Shown piece after piece: positions 1 to 9,561 of a stretch of DNA of 64,000 nucleotides. The first letter of the stretch is position 1, and each line of letters opens with the position of its first letter. The stretch is from Candidatus Latescibacterota bacterium (GTDB taxonomy: Bacteria; Latescibacterota; UBA2968), in NCBI GenBank assembly GCA_965198115.1, contig OZ240241.1, positions 832,001-896,000 of the forward strand, in the 5' to 3' direction. A program made the translations under genes and the position numbers. The notes under the pieces were generated by a model. That model made no database searches. It was not told the DNA's origin and worked only from the letters and a program-made list of their open reading frames with translations.

Positions 1-190
1 CGCGGTTGAGGTGGACGGGCGCAGCCTGAACCCGGTTGGTCGTGAACACGCCTGCCGCCGACGCCTCCCGGTCGGAGACGATCAGGGCCAGGTCTTTCGT
101 TCCTCCCTCCTTGATGCCGCACGCGAGACCGACCGCCCGAAAGTCGGCAGGTGGGTGAAAAGCGTGTTCCTCGAAGCGAATGTCGGCCAT
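1..190 (-). CDS. argJ: ornithine acetyltransferase/N-acetylglutamate synthase ArgJ, 5' part (runs off window)
   Basis: Manual translation from ATG at 190: [59 protein letters not shown], the typical ArgJ N-terminus ([21 protein letters not shown]). Confidence 0.85.
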   Translation of the reverse strand, partial: MADIRFEEHAFHPPADFRAVGLACGIKEGGTKDLALIVSDREASAAGVFTTNRVQAAPVHLNR

Positions 191-363
191 CAGAAAAGTA
201 CCCGTTTGATGTTTCGGATGGCCTGGTGAATACGATGCTCGTTTTCGACCAGCCCGATGCGCACGTAACCGACCCCCTTTCGCCGGAGTTCCATCTTTCG
301 GGTGTTGACCTGGCTGAAGACGTAGGGTGGCAGCCGTTCGATACGACGAGAGTGAATTCTCAT
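190..363 (-). pseudogene. alaC: internally deleted AlaC/LL-DAP-type class I aminotransferase remnant
   Basis: 57 aa [31 protein letters not shown]|[26 protein letters not shown]. The family N-terminus (RLPPYVF) is fused in frame to the family C-terminus (GYVR..L.ENE.RI.QA.R.IK), with no PLP-binding core. Confidence 0.75.
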
Positions 364-374
364 AAATCCTCGCC

Positions 375-1641
375 TCAGTCTGCGGCTTCGTCCTTCTCGG
401 TTACTTCTTCGGCCAAGTTGCCCTCGAGCAAAAGCTTGTAGCTCAGGCTGTCGACGAGGGCGAGCCAGCTGGCGTCGATGATGTTTTCGGACACGCCGAT
501 GGTGCTCCACACGTTTTTGCCATCGGAGGACTCGATGAGCACACGGACTTTCGCCGCCGTGCCGTCGCGTCCACTGAGCACGCGCACCTTGTAGTCCTCG
601 AGGTGTACCTCGTGCAGGATGGGATACTCCTTTTCCAGTGCCTGACGCAGGGCCCCGTCCAGGGCGTTTACGGGACCGTCGCCGTCGGCTACGGTGTTAA
701 GAGGAGGGCGATTTATACATCGCGTCGATGTGGACCCCTCCCTTGTGCGCGAAGGCGCTCTCCCCGACGTAGGGCTGACGATGGTCGTGGTAGACGTTGG
801 CGACCTCGCTGACGAACCGGGAAAATTCCATGAGGTCATCGAGGCGATCGGCACCCTTCCAACGCTTGTTCAGCTTGACCTGCAGGTTGGGTATGACGCT
901 ACAGAGGTTGGCGTTGCCGCACCTCTCGCCGTAGCCGTTGAACGTGCCCTGCACGTGGCTCGCCCCGAGCTCGACGGCGATGATGCTGTTGGCCACGCCC
1001 ATACCGGCATCGTTGTGAGTGTGGATGCCGAACGGTACGTTCAGCCGATCCCGGACGGCCATTACGATTTCGCGCAACTGGCCCGGCATGGTGCCACCGT
1101 TCGTGTCGCACAGTACAAGGATGTTCGCGCCGCCGTCTTCTGCCGCTTTGAGCGTTCGGATGGCATACTCGGCGTCGGCTTTATAGCCGTCGAAGAAGTG
1201 CTCGGCGTCGTAGATGACTTCGCGGTCACGGGTCCTGAGGTAGGCGATCGAATCTTCGATCAGTCGGGCGTTTTCGTCGAGGTCGACGCGCAGTACATCG
1301 GTGACGTGGAGATCCCAAGTTTTCCCGAAGAGCGTGACGACTTCGGTTTCTGCGTCGAGCAGGGTGTTGAGGGTGTCGTCGTCTTCGGGCCGGTTGTGGG
1401 CGCGTCGAGTACTGCCGAAGGCGGCGATGCGGATCCGTTCGAGCTTCAGCTTGGATGCGCGAGCGAAGTACTCGAGGTCCTTCGGATTGGTCGGATTGGG
1501 CCAGCCGCCTTCGACGTAGTCGACGCCCAGCTCGTCGAGACGCTGCGTGATGAGCAGCTTGTCGTCCAGAGAAAAGGCGATGTCTTCGGCCTGCGAACCG
1601 TCGCGCAAGGTGGAGTCGTAGATCTGTACATAGTCTGACAC
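375..1641 (-). pseudogene. cimA: citramalate synthase with out-of-frame internal deletion near 697-700
   Basis: The TIM-barrel part (DSTLRDG, EGGWP, HTHND, GYGERCGNANL, FAHKGGVH) ends at KSPSS*. The regulatory-domain tail (TVADGDGPVNALDGALRQAL..DYKVRVL..W.TIGVSENIIDASW) follows immediately in another frame, and the linker region is absent. Confidence 0.8.
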
Positions 1642-1773
1642 GGTCAGCTCCCGAGTTGGATGGGTGAGTGGGAATGGCGCGGACACACTGCCCCGTGTCC
1701 AATCGCGACCGGGCGGGTGACCCCGCCCGGACAATCCCACCTCGCTTCCGTGTTGGTCAGACGACGCACGATG

Positions 1774-2178
1774 CTACGCTTCCTCTCCTTTGATCATGAG
1801 ACCGATGACGATGCCTCCGGCGATGGCTTCGGCAAGTGTGCCGAGGAACCACGTGAGCGCCATCGAGTAGGGGATGGGCATCACGGCGTAGGACCCGTAT
1901 CCGAAGGAAATCCCCTGGGCGATGCCGAAGAGCGCTGCGTACTGGATGGCCGACGTCGTTGATTTGTCTGGGATGAAGCGCACGTAGATGAGGACAAAGG
2001 CGGCCGAAATGATGAGCGTGACGAGGTGCATCAATCCCATCTTCATCTCTTCCATCGGCCGCCAGAGCGCCGCCGTTTCTTCGTAGGAGCTCATGAGGAT
2101 GTTGCCGTGGATGATGATATCCATCACCGTGATGACCACAGCCACGACGATGATCGTGAGTCCGACTCTGATGTTCAT
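1774..2178 (-). CDS. hypothetical 4-TM membrane protein
   Basis: 134-aa ORF with four hydrophobic segments, co-oriented with the operon. Confidence 0.7.
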   Translation of the reverse strand: MNIRVGLTIIVVAVVITVMDIIIHGNILMSSYEETAALWRPMEEMKMGLMHLVTLIISAAFVLIYVRFIPDKSTTSAIQYAALFGIAQGISFGYGSYAVMPIPYSMALTWFLGTLAEAIAGGIVIGLMIKGEEA

Positions 2179-2216
2179 GACGATCCTCTTTCGAGCAGGT
2201 CGAAACTGAAACCGTA

Positions 2217-2567
2217 TCAGTCCAAAATCTCGTTCACTCTTTCGGCGGGACGGGCGATGACGGCCCGGTCGCCGAGAATGCAGATGGGGCGATTCATGAC
2301 ATCGGGATGTTCGAGCAGCAATCCGACGAGTGCGTCGGGCGTGTTGTAATCTTCGATGTCCTTCCCCAGGTCGTTGAAGGATCCCGGGTGAAGCATTTCC
2401 TTGGGTTCAACATCGAGCAGGTTGAGAAACCTGCGTAGATCGGGTTCACCCACGGGGTTCGTGATGTATTCGACGACGTCGAACTCGACGTTTCGCTCGC
2501 GCAGCATGTCCAGCGCGCCGCGTGACTTGCTTCAGCGTTCGTTGTGGTAAACCGTGACCTTGTCCAT
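2217..2567 (-). CDS. arsC: ArsC/Spx-family (glutaredoxin-type arsenate reductase-like) candidate selenoprotein
   Basis: ATG 2567: MDKVTVYHNER[TGA 2534-2532]SKSRGALDMLRERNVEFDVVEY...VMNRPIC...AVIARPAERV. The TGA occupies the Cys of the HNxxCSKSR motif, and a hairpin lies at 2522-2500. Confidence 0.8.
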
Positions 2568-2653
2568 GACGAAATCCTTTAAAGTTGGTGTTCAGTGCCC
2601 ACGGGTTCGACAACAGCCCGTGGTGCCCGATGTTCCCTGAACACCGATTGCGG

Positions 2654-3715
2654 TTATGCCGCGATCGATTCGGCTACGAGATCTCCGACTTCGGATGTGC
2701 TGTAGCCCATCTGGCCGGCCGACATGCTTTTGAGTTTGGTTCCGACGACGTCGATGATGGCATTCTCGACGGCGACCGCCGCTTCCGGTTCGCCGAGTGT
2801 ATCGAGCATCATCTGGCAAGCCGCGATGCAGGCGATCGGGTTGATGACGCCCTGGCCCGTGTACTTCGGGGCTGATCCGCCGATGGGTTCGAACATGGAT
2901 ACGCCCTCGGGGTTGATGTTTCCGCCGGCGGCGATGCCCATCCCGCCCTGCACCATCGCACCGAGGTCGGTGATGATGTCGCCGAACATATTATCGGTCA
3001 CAATGACGTCGAACCACTCGGGATTTTTGACCATCCACATGCACGTGGCGTCGACGTGGGCGTAGTCTCGCTTGATGTCGGAATACTCGGCATCGCCGAT
3101 CTCGTGGAATACACGTTCCCACATGTCGAACGCATACGTGAGAACGTTGGTCTTCCCGCAGAGGGTGAGCGTGTTCTCCTTTGCACGCTTTCGCGTGAGC
3201 TCGAAGGCGTAGCGGAGGCAGCGCTCGACTCCTTTGCGCGTGTTGATGGACTCCTGGACGGCGACCTCGTCGGGTGTTCCCGGCTTGAGGTGGCCCCCCG
3301 CCCCCGAATAGAGACCCTCGGTGTTCTCCCGGACGACGACGAAGTCGATGTCTTCGGGTCCTTTGTCCTTGAGCGGGCAGTCGACGTTCGGATAGAGCTT
3401 GACCGGGCGGAGGTTGATGTACTGGTCGAGTTCGAATCGCGTTTTGAGCAGAATGCCCTTCTCGAGGATCCCCGGCTTGACATCGGGGTGGCCGATCGCA
3501 CCGAGCAGGATGGCTCTGAATCCCCTAAGGTCGTCGAGCGCACCGTCGGGTAGCGTTTCACCCGTACGTTTATAGCGTTCTCCGCCAAAATCGAACTCGG
3601 TCGTCTCGTAGTTGATCCCGAATTTCGCCGAAGCCGCTTCCAAACACTTGAGGGCTTCGACGACGACTTCGGGCCCGGTTCCGTCCCCCGGAATCACTGC
3701 GATTTTGTGAGCCAA
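2654..3715 (-). CDS. leuB: 3-isopropylmalate dehydrogenase
   Basis: IPGDGTGPEV, VVRENTEGLY, DNMFGDIITD, FEPIGGSAP motifs; adjacent to leuCD. Confidence 0.93.
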   Translation of the reverse strand: MAHKIAVIPGDGTGPEVVVEALKCLEAASAKFGINYETTEFDFGGERYKRTGETLPDGALDDLRGFRAILLGAIGHPDVKPGILEKGILLKTRFELDQYINLRPVKLYPNVDCPLKDKGPEDIDFVVVRENTEGLYSGAGGHLKPGTPDEVAVQESINTRKGVERCLRYAFELTRKRAKENTLTLCGKTNVLTYAFDMWERVFHEIGDAEYSDIKRDYAHVDATCMWMVKNPEWFDVIVTDNMFGDIITDLGAMVQGGMGIAAGGNINPEGVSMFEPIGGSAPKYTGQGVINPIACIAACQMMLDTLGEPEAAVAVENAIIDVVGTKLKSMSAGQMGYSTSEVGDLVAESIAA

Positions 3716-3754
3716 GCCTGTATCCCTCCGATCAACTGTTTTCGAGGTGTCTGT

Positions 3755-4360
3755 TCAAGCGTCCGCTTTGAAGCCGGTGGTGTAGGGCAGGCTATCGGCG
3801 ACAGCCTTCACGGCATCTGCACCTTCGAGAAGCATGCCGGTCGCATCCCAGGCCCCTTCGAGGAGTGAGATACGGTTGCCCTCCGGCAATTCGACGTTCA
3901 CGACGACGTCGCCGCAGGTGACGGTCTTAGTGGCCAAGTCGACGTGGAGAGGCTGCGATGGGCCGGTCTCGATGGCGTCCTGCAGTCTGGCGACATCGCC
4001 AGGCGCGGCGGTGACGCAGGGGATGCCCATGACGGTACAGTTGCCCTGGAATATTTCGCCGAAGGATTCACCGACGACGGCGTCGATGCCCCAGCGCTGG
4101 AGCGCCTGCGGGGCGTGCTCGCGGGACGATCCGCATCCGAAGTTTCCGTTGACGACGAGGATCGAGGCGCTTTTGAACCGGTCGTCGTTGAACGGATGCG
4201 AAGGGTTGGACGAGCGGTCGTCTTCAAAAGCGTACTCGCCCAGCCCGTCGAAGGTGATCATCCGCAGGAACCTCGCCGGGATGATGCGATCGGTGTCGAT
4301 GTCGTTCCCGCGGAGGGCGATGCCGGGACCGTCTATTTTGGTGATGGATGAAGATGGCAT
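3755..4360 (-). CDS. leuD: 3-isopropylmalate dehydratase small subunit
   Basis: NDIDTDRIIPARF, NFGCGSSREHAP; start taken at ATG 4360. Confidence 0.93.
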   Translation of the reverse strand: MPSSSITKIDGPGIALRGNDIDTDRIIPARFLRMITFDGLGEYAFEDDRSSNPSHPFNDDRFKSASILVVNGNFGCGSSREHAPQALQRWGIDAVVGESFGEIFQGNCTVMGIPCVTAAPGDVARLQDAIETGPSQPLHVDLATKTVTCGDVVVNVELPEGNRISLLEGAWDATGMLLEGADAVKAVADSLPYTTGFKADA

Positions 4361-4404
4361 CGGTGGGCCTTTTTGCGTGACCGGGTGACTTGAGGGATCG
4401 CGAT

Positions 4405-5805
4405 CTACAGCATGTCCCGAACGTCGGTCACCTCGCCCGCGATGGCGGCCGCGGCGACCATCGCCGGACTCATGAGGAGCGTGCGACCCGTCGGGCTGCC
4501 TTGGCGTCCCTTGAAATTGCGGTTGCTGGATGAAGCGGAGATCTGCCGTCCGTGCAGTTTGTCGGGATTCATGGCCAGACACATCGAACACCCGGCGCTG
4601 CGCCATTCGAACCCGGCTTCGATGAAGACCTCGTGAAGTCCCTCGGCTTCGGCCGCTTCGAGGACCTGTTTGGAGCCGGGGACGACGAGGGGTTTGACGT
4701 GAGCTGCGACCTTGCGACCCTTCGCCACGCGAGCGGCTTCTCGGAGATCCGAAATCCGGCTGTTGGTGCACGATCCGATGAAGGCGACGTCGATCCTCGT
4801 TCCCGCGATGGGTTGACCCGGTTTGAAGTCCATGTAGTCGTAGGCTTCGCCTGCGACGTCCCGGTCGTCGTCCTGAAGATCTGTGAGCGCGGGCACCTTT
4901 TCATTCACGCCGATGGCCTGACCCGGGGTGATCCCCCACGTGACGGTCGGCTCGAGCGATGGGGCGTCGAGTTCGTAGACGTCGTCGTAGTCGGTGTCCA
5001 CGTCGGAAGTCACGGACTTCCACCATTCGACGGCTCGCGGAAACGCGTCTCCGGACGGTGCGTGCGCGCGGCCTTCGAGGTAGTCGAAGGTGGTCTGGTC
5101 AGGGTTGACGTAGCCGGCTCGCGCCCCGCCTTCGATCGACATGTTGCAGATCGACATTCGGCCTTCCATGGACATGCGTGACAGCGTGTCACCGCCGAAC
5201 TCGTAGGCGTAGCCGACACCGCCCTTCACACCGAGACGACGGATGACGTTGAGCACGACGTCTTTGGCGTAGACCCCGTCTCGTAGGTCGCCGTCGACCT
5301 TAATGAGGCGGACCTTTAAGGGATCCATCGCAAGACATTGTGTGGCAAGGACATCTCGGACCTGAGATGTTCCGATTCCGAACGCGATCGCCCCGAAGGC
5401 GCCGTGCGTCGACGTGTGGCTGTCGCCGCAGGCAATCGTCATACCCGGCTGGGTGAGTCCAAGCTCAGGCCCTATGACGTGTACGATGCCCTGACGGTCG
5501 TCGTCGACGTCGAACAGTGGAATCTCGAATTCGTCGGTGTTCTGTTCGATGGCCACCATCATCTGTTCGGCCATGTCGTCGGCGAACGGTCGCGTACGCA
5601 CGTCGGTTGGCACGATGTGATCGACCGTGGCGAAGGTCCGATCGGGATACGCCACCCGCAGACCACGTTCACGCATCATGTCGAACGCCTGTGGGCTGGT
5701 GACCTCGTGGACGAGGTGTAGTCCGATGAAGAGCTGGGTCTGACCCGACGGCAACGTCCGAACCGAATGGGCATCCCAGACCTTTTGAAAAAGTGGCTTG
5801 CCCAT
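4405..5805 (-). CDS. leuC: 3-isopropylmalate dehydratase large subunit
   Basis: [47 protein letters not shown]; start [10 protein letters not shown] at 5805. Confidence 0.95.
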   Translation of the reverse strand: MGKPLFQKVWDAHSVRTLPSGQTQLFIGLHLVHEVTSPQAFDMMRERGLRVAYPDRTFATVDHIVPTDVRTRPFADDMAEQMMVAIEQNTDEFEIPLFDVDDDRQGIVHVIGPELGLTQPGMTIACGDSHTSTHGAFGAIAFGIGTSQVRDVLATQCLAMDPLKVRLIKVDGDLRDGVYAKDVVLNVIRRLGVKGGVGYAYEFGGDTLSRMSMEGRMSICNMSIEGGARAGYVNPDQTTFDYLEGRAHAPSGDAFPRAVEWWKSVTSDVDTDYDDVYELDAPSLEPTVTWGITPGQAIGVNEKVPALTDLQDDDRDVAGEAYDYMDFKPGQPIAGTRIDVAFIGSCTNSRISDLREAARVAKGRKVAAHVKPLVVPGSKQVLEAAEAEGLHEVFIEAGFEWRSAGCSMCLAMNPDKLHGRQISASSSNRNFKGRQGSPTGRTLLMSPAMVAAAAIAGEVTDVRDML

Positions 5806-5807
5806 CG

Positions 5808-7358
5808 CTACACGGCCTCGGCGCGTGGCCGTTGGATGCCCGCTTGAATCGCGAGCCGGTTCAGACCGTCGAGATAGGCCTTCACGCTCGCTTCGATCAC
5901 GTCGGTCGACACCGCACGCCCCGTGGCCGACCGCCCTTCGTGGCTCAACCGGACGACGACTTCGCCGAGAGCCTCGGCTCCGCCCGTGATGGCCTGAATC
6001 GTGTATCGCTCGACGCGTGCGTCCGTTTGGGCGGCCAGCTTGACGGCCTTGTAGGCGGCGTCGACGGGACCGTCGCCCCACGACGATTCCTGGACTTCGT
6101 CGCTGTCATCGATTTTGAGACGGATCGTCGCCGAGGGGACCGTTCCCGTGCCGCTGACGGTGTGCATGTACTCGAGGTGATACTTTTCCGGAATGTCGGT
6201 CAGCTCGTCGCTGACGATAGCGATGAGATCCTCGTCGAAGACTTCCTTCTTCTTGTCTGCGACGACGATGAACCGCTCGTAGGCCTTGTCCAGATCTTCC
6301 TGCGAGAGTTCGTAGCCCAGCTCTTCGAGACGATGCCGCAGCGCGTGTCGACCCGATCGGGCCGTTAGTACGATTTGAGTCTGCTCCAGGCCTACATCCT
6401 GAGGGGCCATAATCTCAAAATTGTCCCGGTTCTTGAGGACGCCGTCCTGGTGGATGCCCGAGCTGTGGGCGAAGGCATTGGCCCCGACGATCGCCTTGTT
6501 CGGCGGCACGCTGACGTTCATGAGTCGTGAGACGAGGCGGCTGGTGTTGATGATCTCCTTAGGGTCCACGTCGCAGGTGAGGCCGAAGTGGTCGCCTCGA
6601 ACCTTGATGGCCATCACGATCTCTTCGAGCGACGCGTTGCCGGCTCGCTCGCCCAGTCCGTTGATCGTGCATTCCGCCTGGCGGGCGCCTCGGTTGAGCG
6701 CCGTCAGGGAATTGGAGACGGCCATACCGAGATCGTTGTGGCAGTGTACGCTGATGATGGCCTGATCGACGTTCTGGACGCTGGCAATGATGTCGGCGAT
6801 GAGCTGTCCGAATCTTTCGGGGACGGCGTATCCGACCGTGTCGGGGATGTTGATCGTGCTCGCGCCCGCGGCGATCGTGGCTTCGACCATTTCGTAGAGG
6901 TAGTCGGGCTCGGTGCGGACGGCATCCATCGGGGAGAACTCGACGTCGTCGCACAGCGACCGGGCCAGTTCAACGGCGTCGACAGACATCTTGAGGACTT
7001 CCTCGGGCGTCTTCCGCATCATCGTGCGATGCTGCGGCGAACTGCCGATGAAGGTGTGCAGCCGCGTCTTCGGAGCACCCTCGAGCGCCTCTCCGGCACG
7101 CTCGATGTCGAGTTTGACGGCACGGGCGAGGCCGCAGATGCGGGGTCCCTCGATCTCGTTCGCGATCCTGCGAACGGCTTCGAAGTCCTCGTTCGAAGAC
7201 ACGGGAAAGCCGGCTTCGATCACGTCGACGTTGAGACGCTCGAGCTGGTGGGCGATTTCGAGCTTTTCTCGGGTCGTCAGAGAGCAGCCGGGTGTCTGCT
7301 CGGCATCCCGCAGCGTGGTGTCGAAGATGACGACCTGGTTTTTCGAGGTCTGAGCCAT
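5808..7358 (-). CDS. leuA: 2-isopropylmalate synthase
   Basis: [34 protein letters not shown]-terminal GDGPVDA regulatory domain. Confidence 0.95.
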   Translation of the reverse strand: MAQTSKNQVVIFDTTLRDAEQTPGCSLTTREKLEIAHQLERLNVDVIEAGFPVSSNEDFEAVRRIANEIEGPRICGLARAVKLDIERAGEALEGAPKTRLHTFIGSSPQHRTMMRKTPEEVLKMSVDAVELARSLCDDVEFSPMDAVRTEPDYLYEMVEATIAAGASTINIPDTVGYAVPERFGQLIADIIASVQNVDQAIISVHCHNDLGMAVSNSLTALNRGARQAECTINGLGERAGNASLEEIVMAIKVRGDHFGLTCDVDPKEIINTSRLVSRLMNVSVPPNKAIVGANAFAHSSGIHQDGVLKNRDNFEIMAPQDVGLEQTQIVLTARSGRHALRHRLEELGYELSQEDLDKAYERFIVVADKKKEVFDEDLIAIVSDELTDIPEKYHLEYMHTVSGTGTVPSATIRLKIDDSDEVQESSWGDGPVDAAYKAVKLAAQTDARVERYTIQAITGGAEALGEVVVRLSHEGRSATGRAVSTDVIEASVKAYLDGLNRLAIQAGIQRPRAEAV

Positions 7359-7363
7359 GGTCC

Positions 7364-7486
7364 TTACTCTCCATCTCCGGAGCAGTTGGTGGGTAGCAGG
7401 TGGAACCCTCCGGCACGTCCATCCATCTGCCGTTCAAGATCCGATCGGTCTACGTCGCACGTAAGGTCCGAAAGGTCGGATTCCAT
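7364..7486 (-). CDS. 40-aa small ORF of unknown function between ilvC and leuA
   Basis: ATG 7486 is preceded by a strong SD (AAGGAGGTGA); the stop lies 5 nt before the leuA ATG. No recognisable motif. Confidence 0.4.
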   Translation of the reverse strand: MESDLSDLTCDVDRSDLERQMDGRAGGFHLLPTNCSGDGE

Positions 7487-7547
7487 CTGACTCACCTCCT
7501 TCAGGTGCTTGATAGCAGGGTTTTTCAGGTGCATCGATTGGACTGGG

Positions 7548-8543
7548 TCAACTGTCTTGGCCAAGCCAGGACATCATCCCCCTGAGCTGGGTGCCTACCT
7601 CTTCGATCAGGTGTTCCTGGTCCTGCCGCTTTCGGGCGTTGTAGAGAGGCCGCCCGACCTGGTTTTCGATCAGCCACTCGCGGGGGAACTGGCCGGACTG
7701 GATGTCGGCGAGGATACGCTTCATTTCGGCGCGCGTATCGTCGGTGATGATGCGTGAGCCGCGCGTGAGGTCGCCGTATTCGGCCGTATCTGAGATGGAG
7801 GATCGCATGTTGGCGATTCCACCCTCGTAGATCAGATCGACGATCAACTTGACCTCGTGCAGGCATTCGAAGTAAGCGACCTCGGGCTGGTAACCGGCTT
7901 CTACGAGGGTGTCGAAACCGGCACGGATGAGTTCGGTTAGCCCGCCGCACAGCACCGACTGTTCACCGAACAGGTCGGTCTCGGTTTCCTCGCGGAAGGT
8001 GGTTTCGATAATACCGGCTCGGGCGCCGCCGATGCCCTTTCCATACGCGAGCCCGATGTCTTTCGCCTTGCCGGTGGCGTCCTGTTCGACAGCGATCAGG
8101 CAGGGGACGCCGCCACCCTGCGAGAAGACTCGGCGGACGAGGTGGCCGGGGCCTTTTGGCGCAATCATGAAAACGTCGACGTCGGAGGGTGGCACGACCT
8201 GGCCGTAGTGAATGTTGAACCCGTGTGCGAAGGCGAGGGCGTTACCCGCCCTCAGGCCGGGCAGGATGTCGTTTTGAAAGACCGCACGCTGATGTTCGTC
8301 GGGTACCAGAACCATAATGATGTCACCTGCCGCGGCCGCGTCTGCGGGGGAGACGACTTCGAGGCCCTCGTCGGCGGCGTGCTGACGGGACGCGCTACCC
8401 TCGCGGAGGCCCACGATCACTTTGACCCCGCTGTCGTGCAGGTTAAGGGCGTGGGCGTGACCTTGGCTGCCATAGCCGAGGACGGCCACGGTTTTGTCGG
8501 ACAGGAGTCCGAGATCGGCGTCTTTTTCGTAGTACATCTGCAT
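7548..8543 (-). CDS. ilvC: ketol-acid reductoisomerase
   Basis: [39 protein letters not shown]. Confidence 0.96.
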   Translation of the reverse strand: MQMYYEKDADLGLLSDKTVAVLGYGSQGHAHALNLHDSGVKVIVGLREGSASRQHAADEGLEVVSPADAAAAGDIIMVLVPDEHQRAVFQNDILPGLRAGNALAFAHGFNIHYGQVVPPSDVDVFMIAPKGPGHLVRRVFSQGGGVPCLIAVEQDATGKAKDIGLAYGKGIGGARAGIIETTFREETETDLFGEQSVLCGGLTELIRAGFDTLVEAGYQPEVAYFECLHEVKLIVDLIYEGGIANMRSSISDTAEYGDLTRGSRIITDDTRAEMKRILADIQSGQFPREWLIENQVGRPLYNARKRQDQEHLIEEVGTQLRGMMSWLGQDS

Positions 8544-8567
8544 CCGTCGTTCCTCCCTGATTTGGCC

Positions 8568-9065
8568 TCAGGCCTGCTTGGGTTGCGAATCCCGCAGCAA
8601 TGCCACGTTGCCCGTGCGGGCCATCTCGTTAATGCCGTATTGTGCGAGCATCGTCGTCATGGCGTTGATTTTGTCCTCTTTGCCCGTGGTCTCGATCGTC
8701 ATGGACGTCGTGCTGACGTCGACGATATTGGCGCGGAAGACTTCGGCGATCTGGATGATTTCTGATCGCGTCGCCGGGGTCGCCTTGACCTTGACGAGGG
8801 CGAGCTCACGTTCGATGAAGGCGCCCTGGGTGATGTCGATGACCCGGATGACGTCGATCAGCCGGTTGAGCTGCTTGACGACCTGTTCGAGTACGCGATC
8901 ATCGCCGCGAACGACGATCGTCATGCGAGAGATCTTGGGATCTTCGGTTTCGCCGACGGACAGGCTGTCGATGTTGTATCCTCGGCTGGAGAACAGCCCG
9001 GCGACGCGGCCTAGGACCCCGAAATGATTTTCGACGAGCGCGCAGATCGTATGTTTTTTCGGCAT
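8568..9065 (-). CDS. ilvN: acetolactate synthase small (regulatory) subunit
   Basis: ACT domain VENHFGVLGRVAGLFSSRGYNIDSL, IERELALVKV, EMARTG. Confidence 0.93.
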   Translation of the reverse strand: MPKKHTICALVENHFGVLGRVAGLFSSRGYNIDSLSVGETEDPKISRMTIVVRGDDRVLEQVVKQLNRLIDVIRVIDITQGAFIERELALVKVKATPATRSEIIQIAEVFRANIVDVSTTSMTIETTGKEDKINAMTTMLAQYGINEMARTGNVALLRDSQPKQA

Positions 9066-9090
9066 CGTTCAGATCCTGTTGAGCGTACAC

Positions 9091-9120
9091 AAAAAAAGGC
9101 CTTTGAATCGCTTCAGAGGC
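9091..9120 (-). terminator. attenuator terminator upstream of the ilvN-ilvC-leu operon
   Basis: Minus strand GCCTCTGAA-GCGA-TTCAAAGGC followed by C and T7, 25 nt upstream of the ilvN start. Confidence 0.8.
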
Positions 9121-9162
9121 TCAATTCACAATCTCGAATGTGTGGTGAGTGGAATTGAGCCG

Positions 9163-9234
9163 CTACGCTGCAAGAATCGCAGCCGGAAGGCTCTGAATAA
9201 GGGCTACCGCGAGTAGAAGAATCGAACGTCGCAC
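9163..9234 (-). promoter_or_regulatory. branched-chain amino acid attenuator leader peptide
   Basis: GTG start: (M)RRSILLLAVALIQSLPAAILAA*, rich in Leu/Ile/Val with rare CTA/CTT codons. The leader's TTCAGAG is complementary to CTCTGAA in the terminator 5' arm. Confidence 0.7.
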
Positions 9235-9561
9235 AGCGCTCGGGGTGCGAGCGGGCGGATCGCAAAGGGGATGCGTGGAAACCGGTCCGAGGAGGGGAGC
9301 TGGAAAATGTTGAAGAAGCCGGTCATAGGCAACGTTCGGGTCGAGAGAACGAATGTAAAGCCCTGTTTCGATTAGAAGTCAAAAAGTAACTTATAGATTC
9401 ACGTGTGTCAATGAAAAACTCTTACGCAATGGCGGTGGCCAGGCTTCCTGACGCGTGCAGTGCCGATCGCCTTATTTCGTTGTTAACCTTGACATTAGCG
9501 TCGATTCCGTGCTACCTTCTCCGGTCTTTGTGCCGTGTCAAAGTTCCTTCCGGAGATCCGT

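Noticed and set aside
694-1638. Long antisense ORFs (also 6588-7490, 10417-11412, 11521-12894, 13881-15116, 16948-18489)
   Set aside because: Shadow or alternate frames of well-supported genes in GC-rich DNA, with no motifs.
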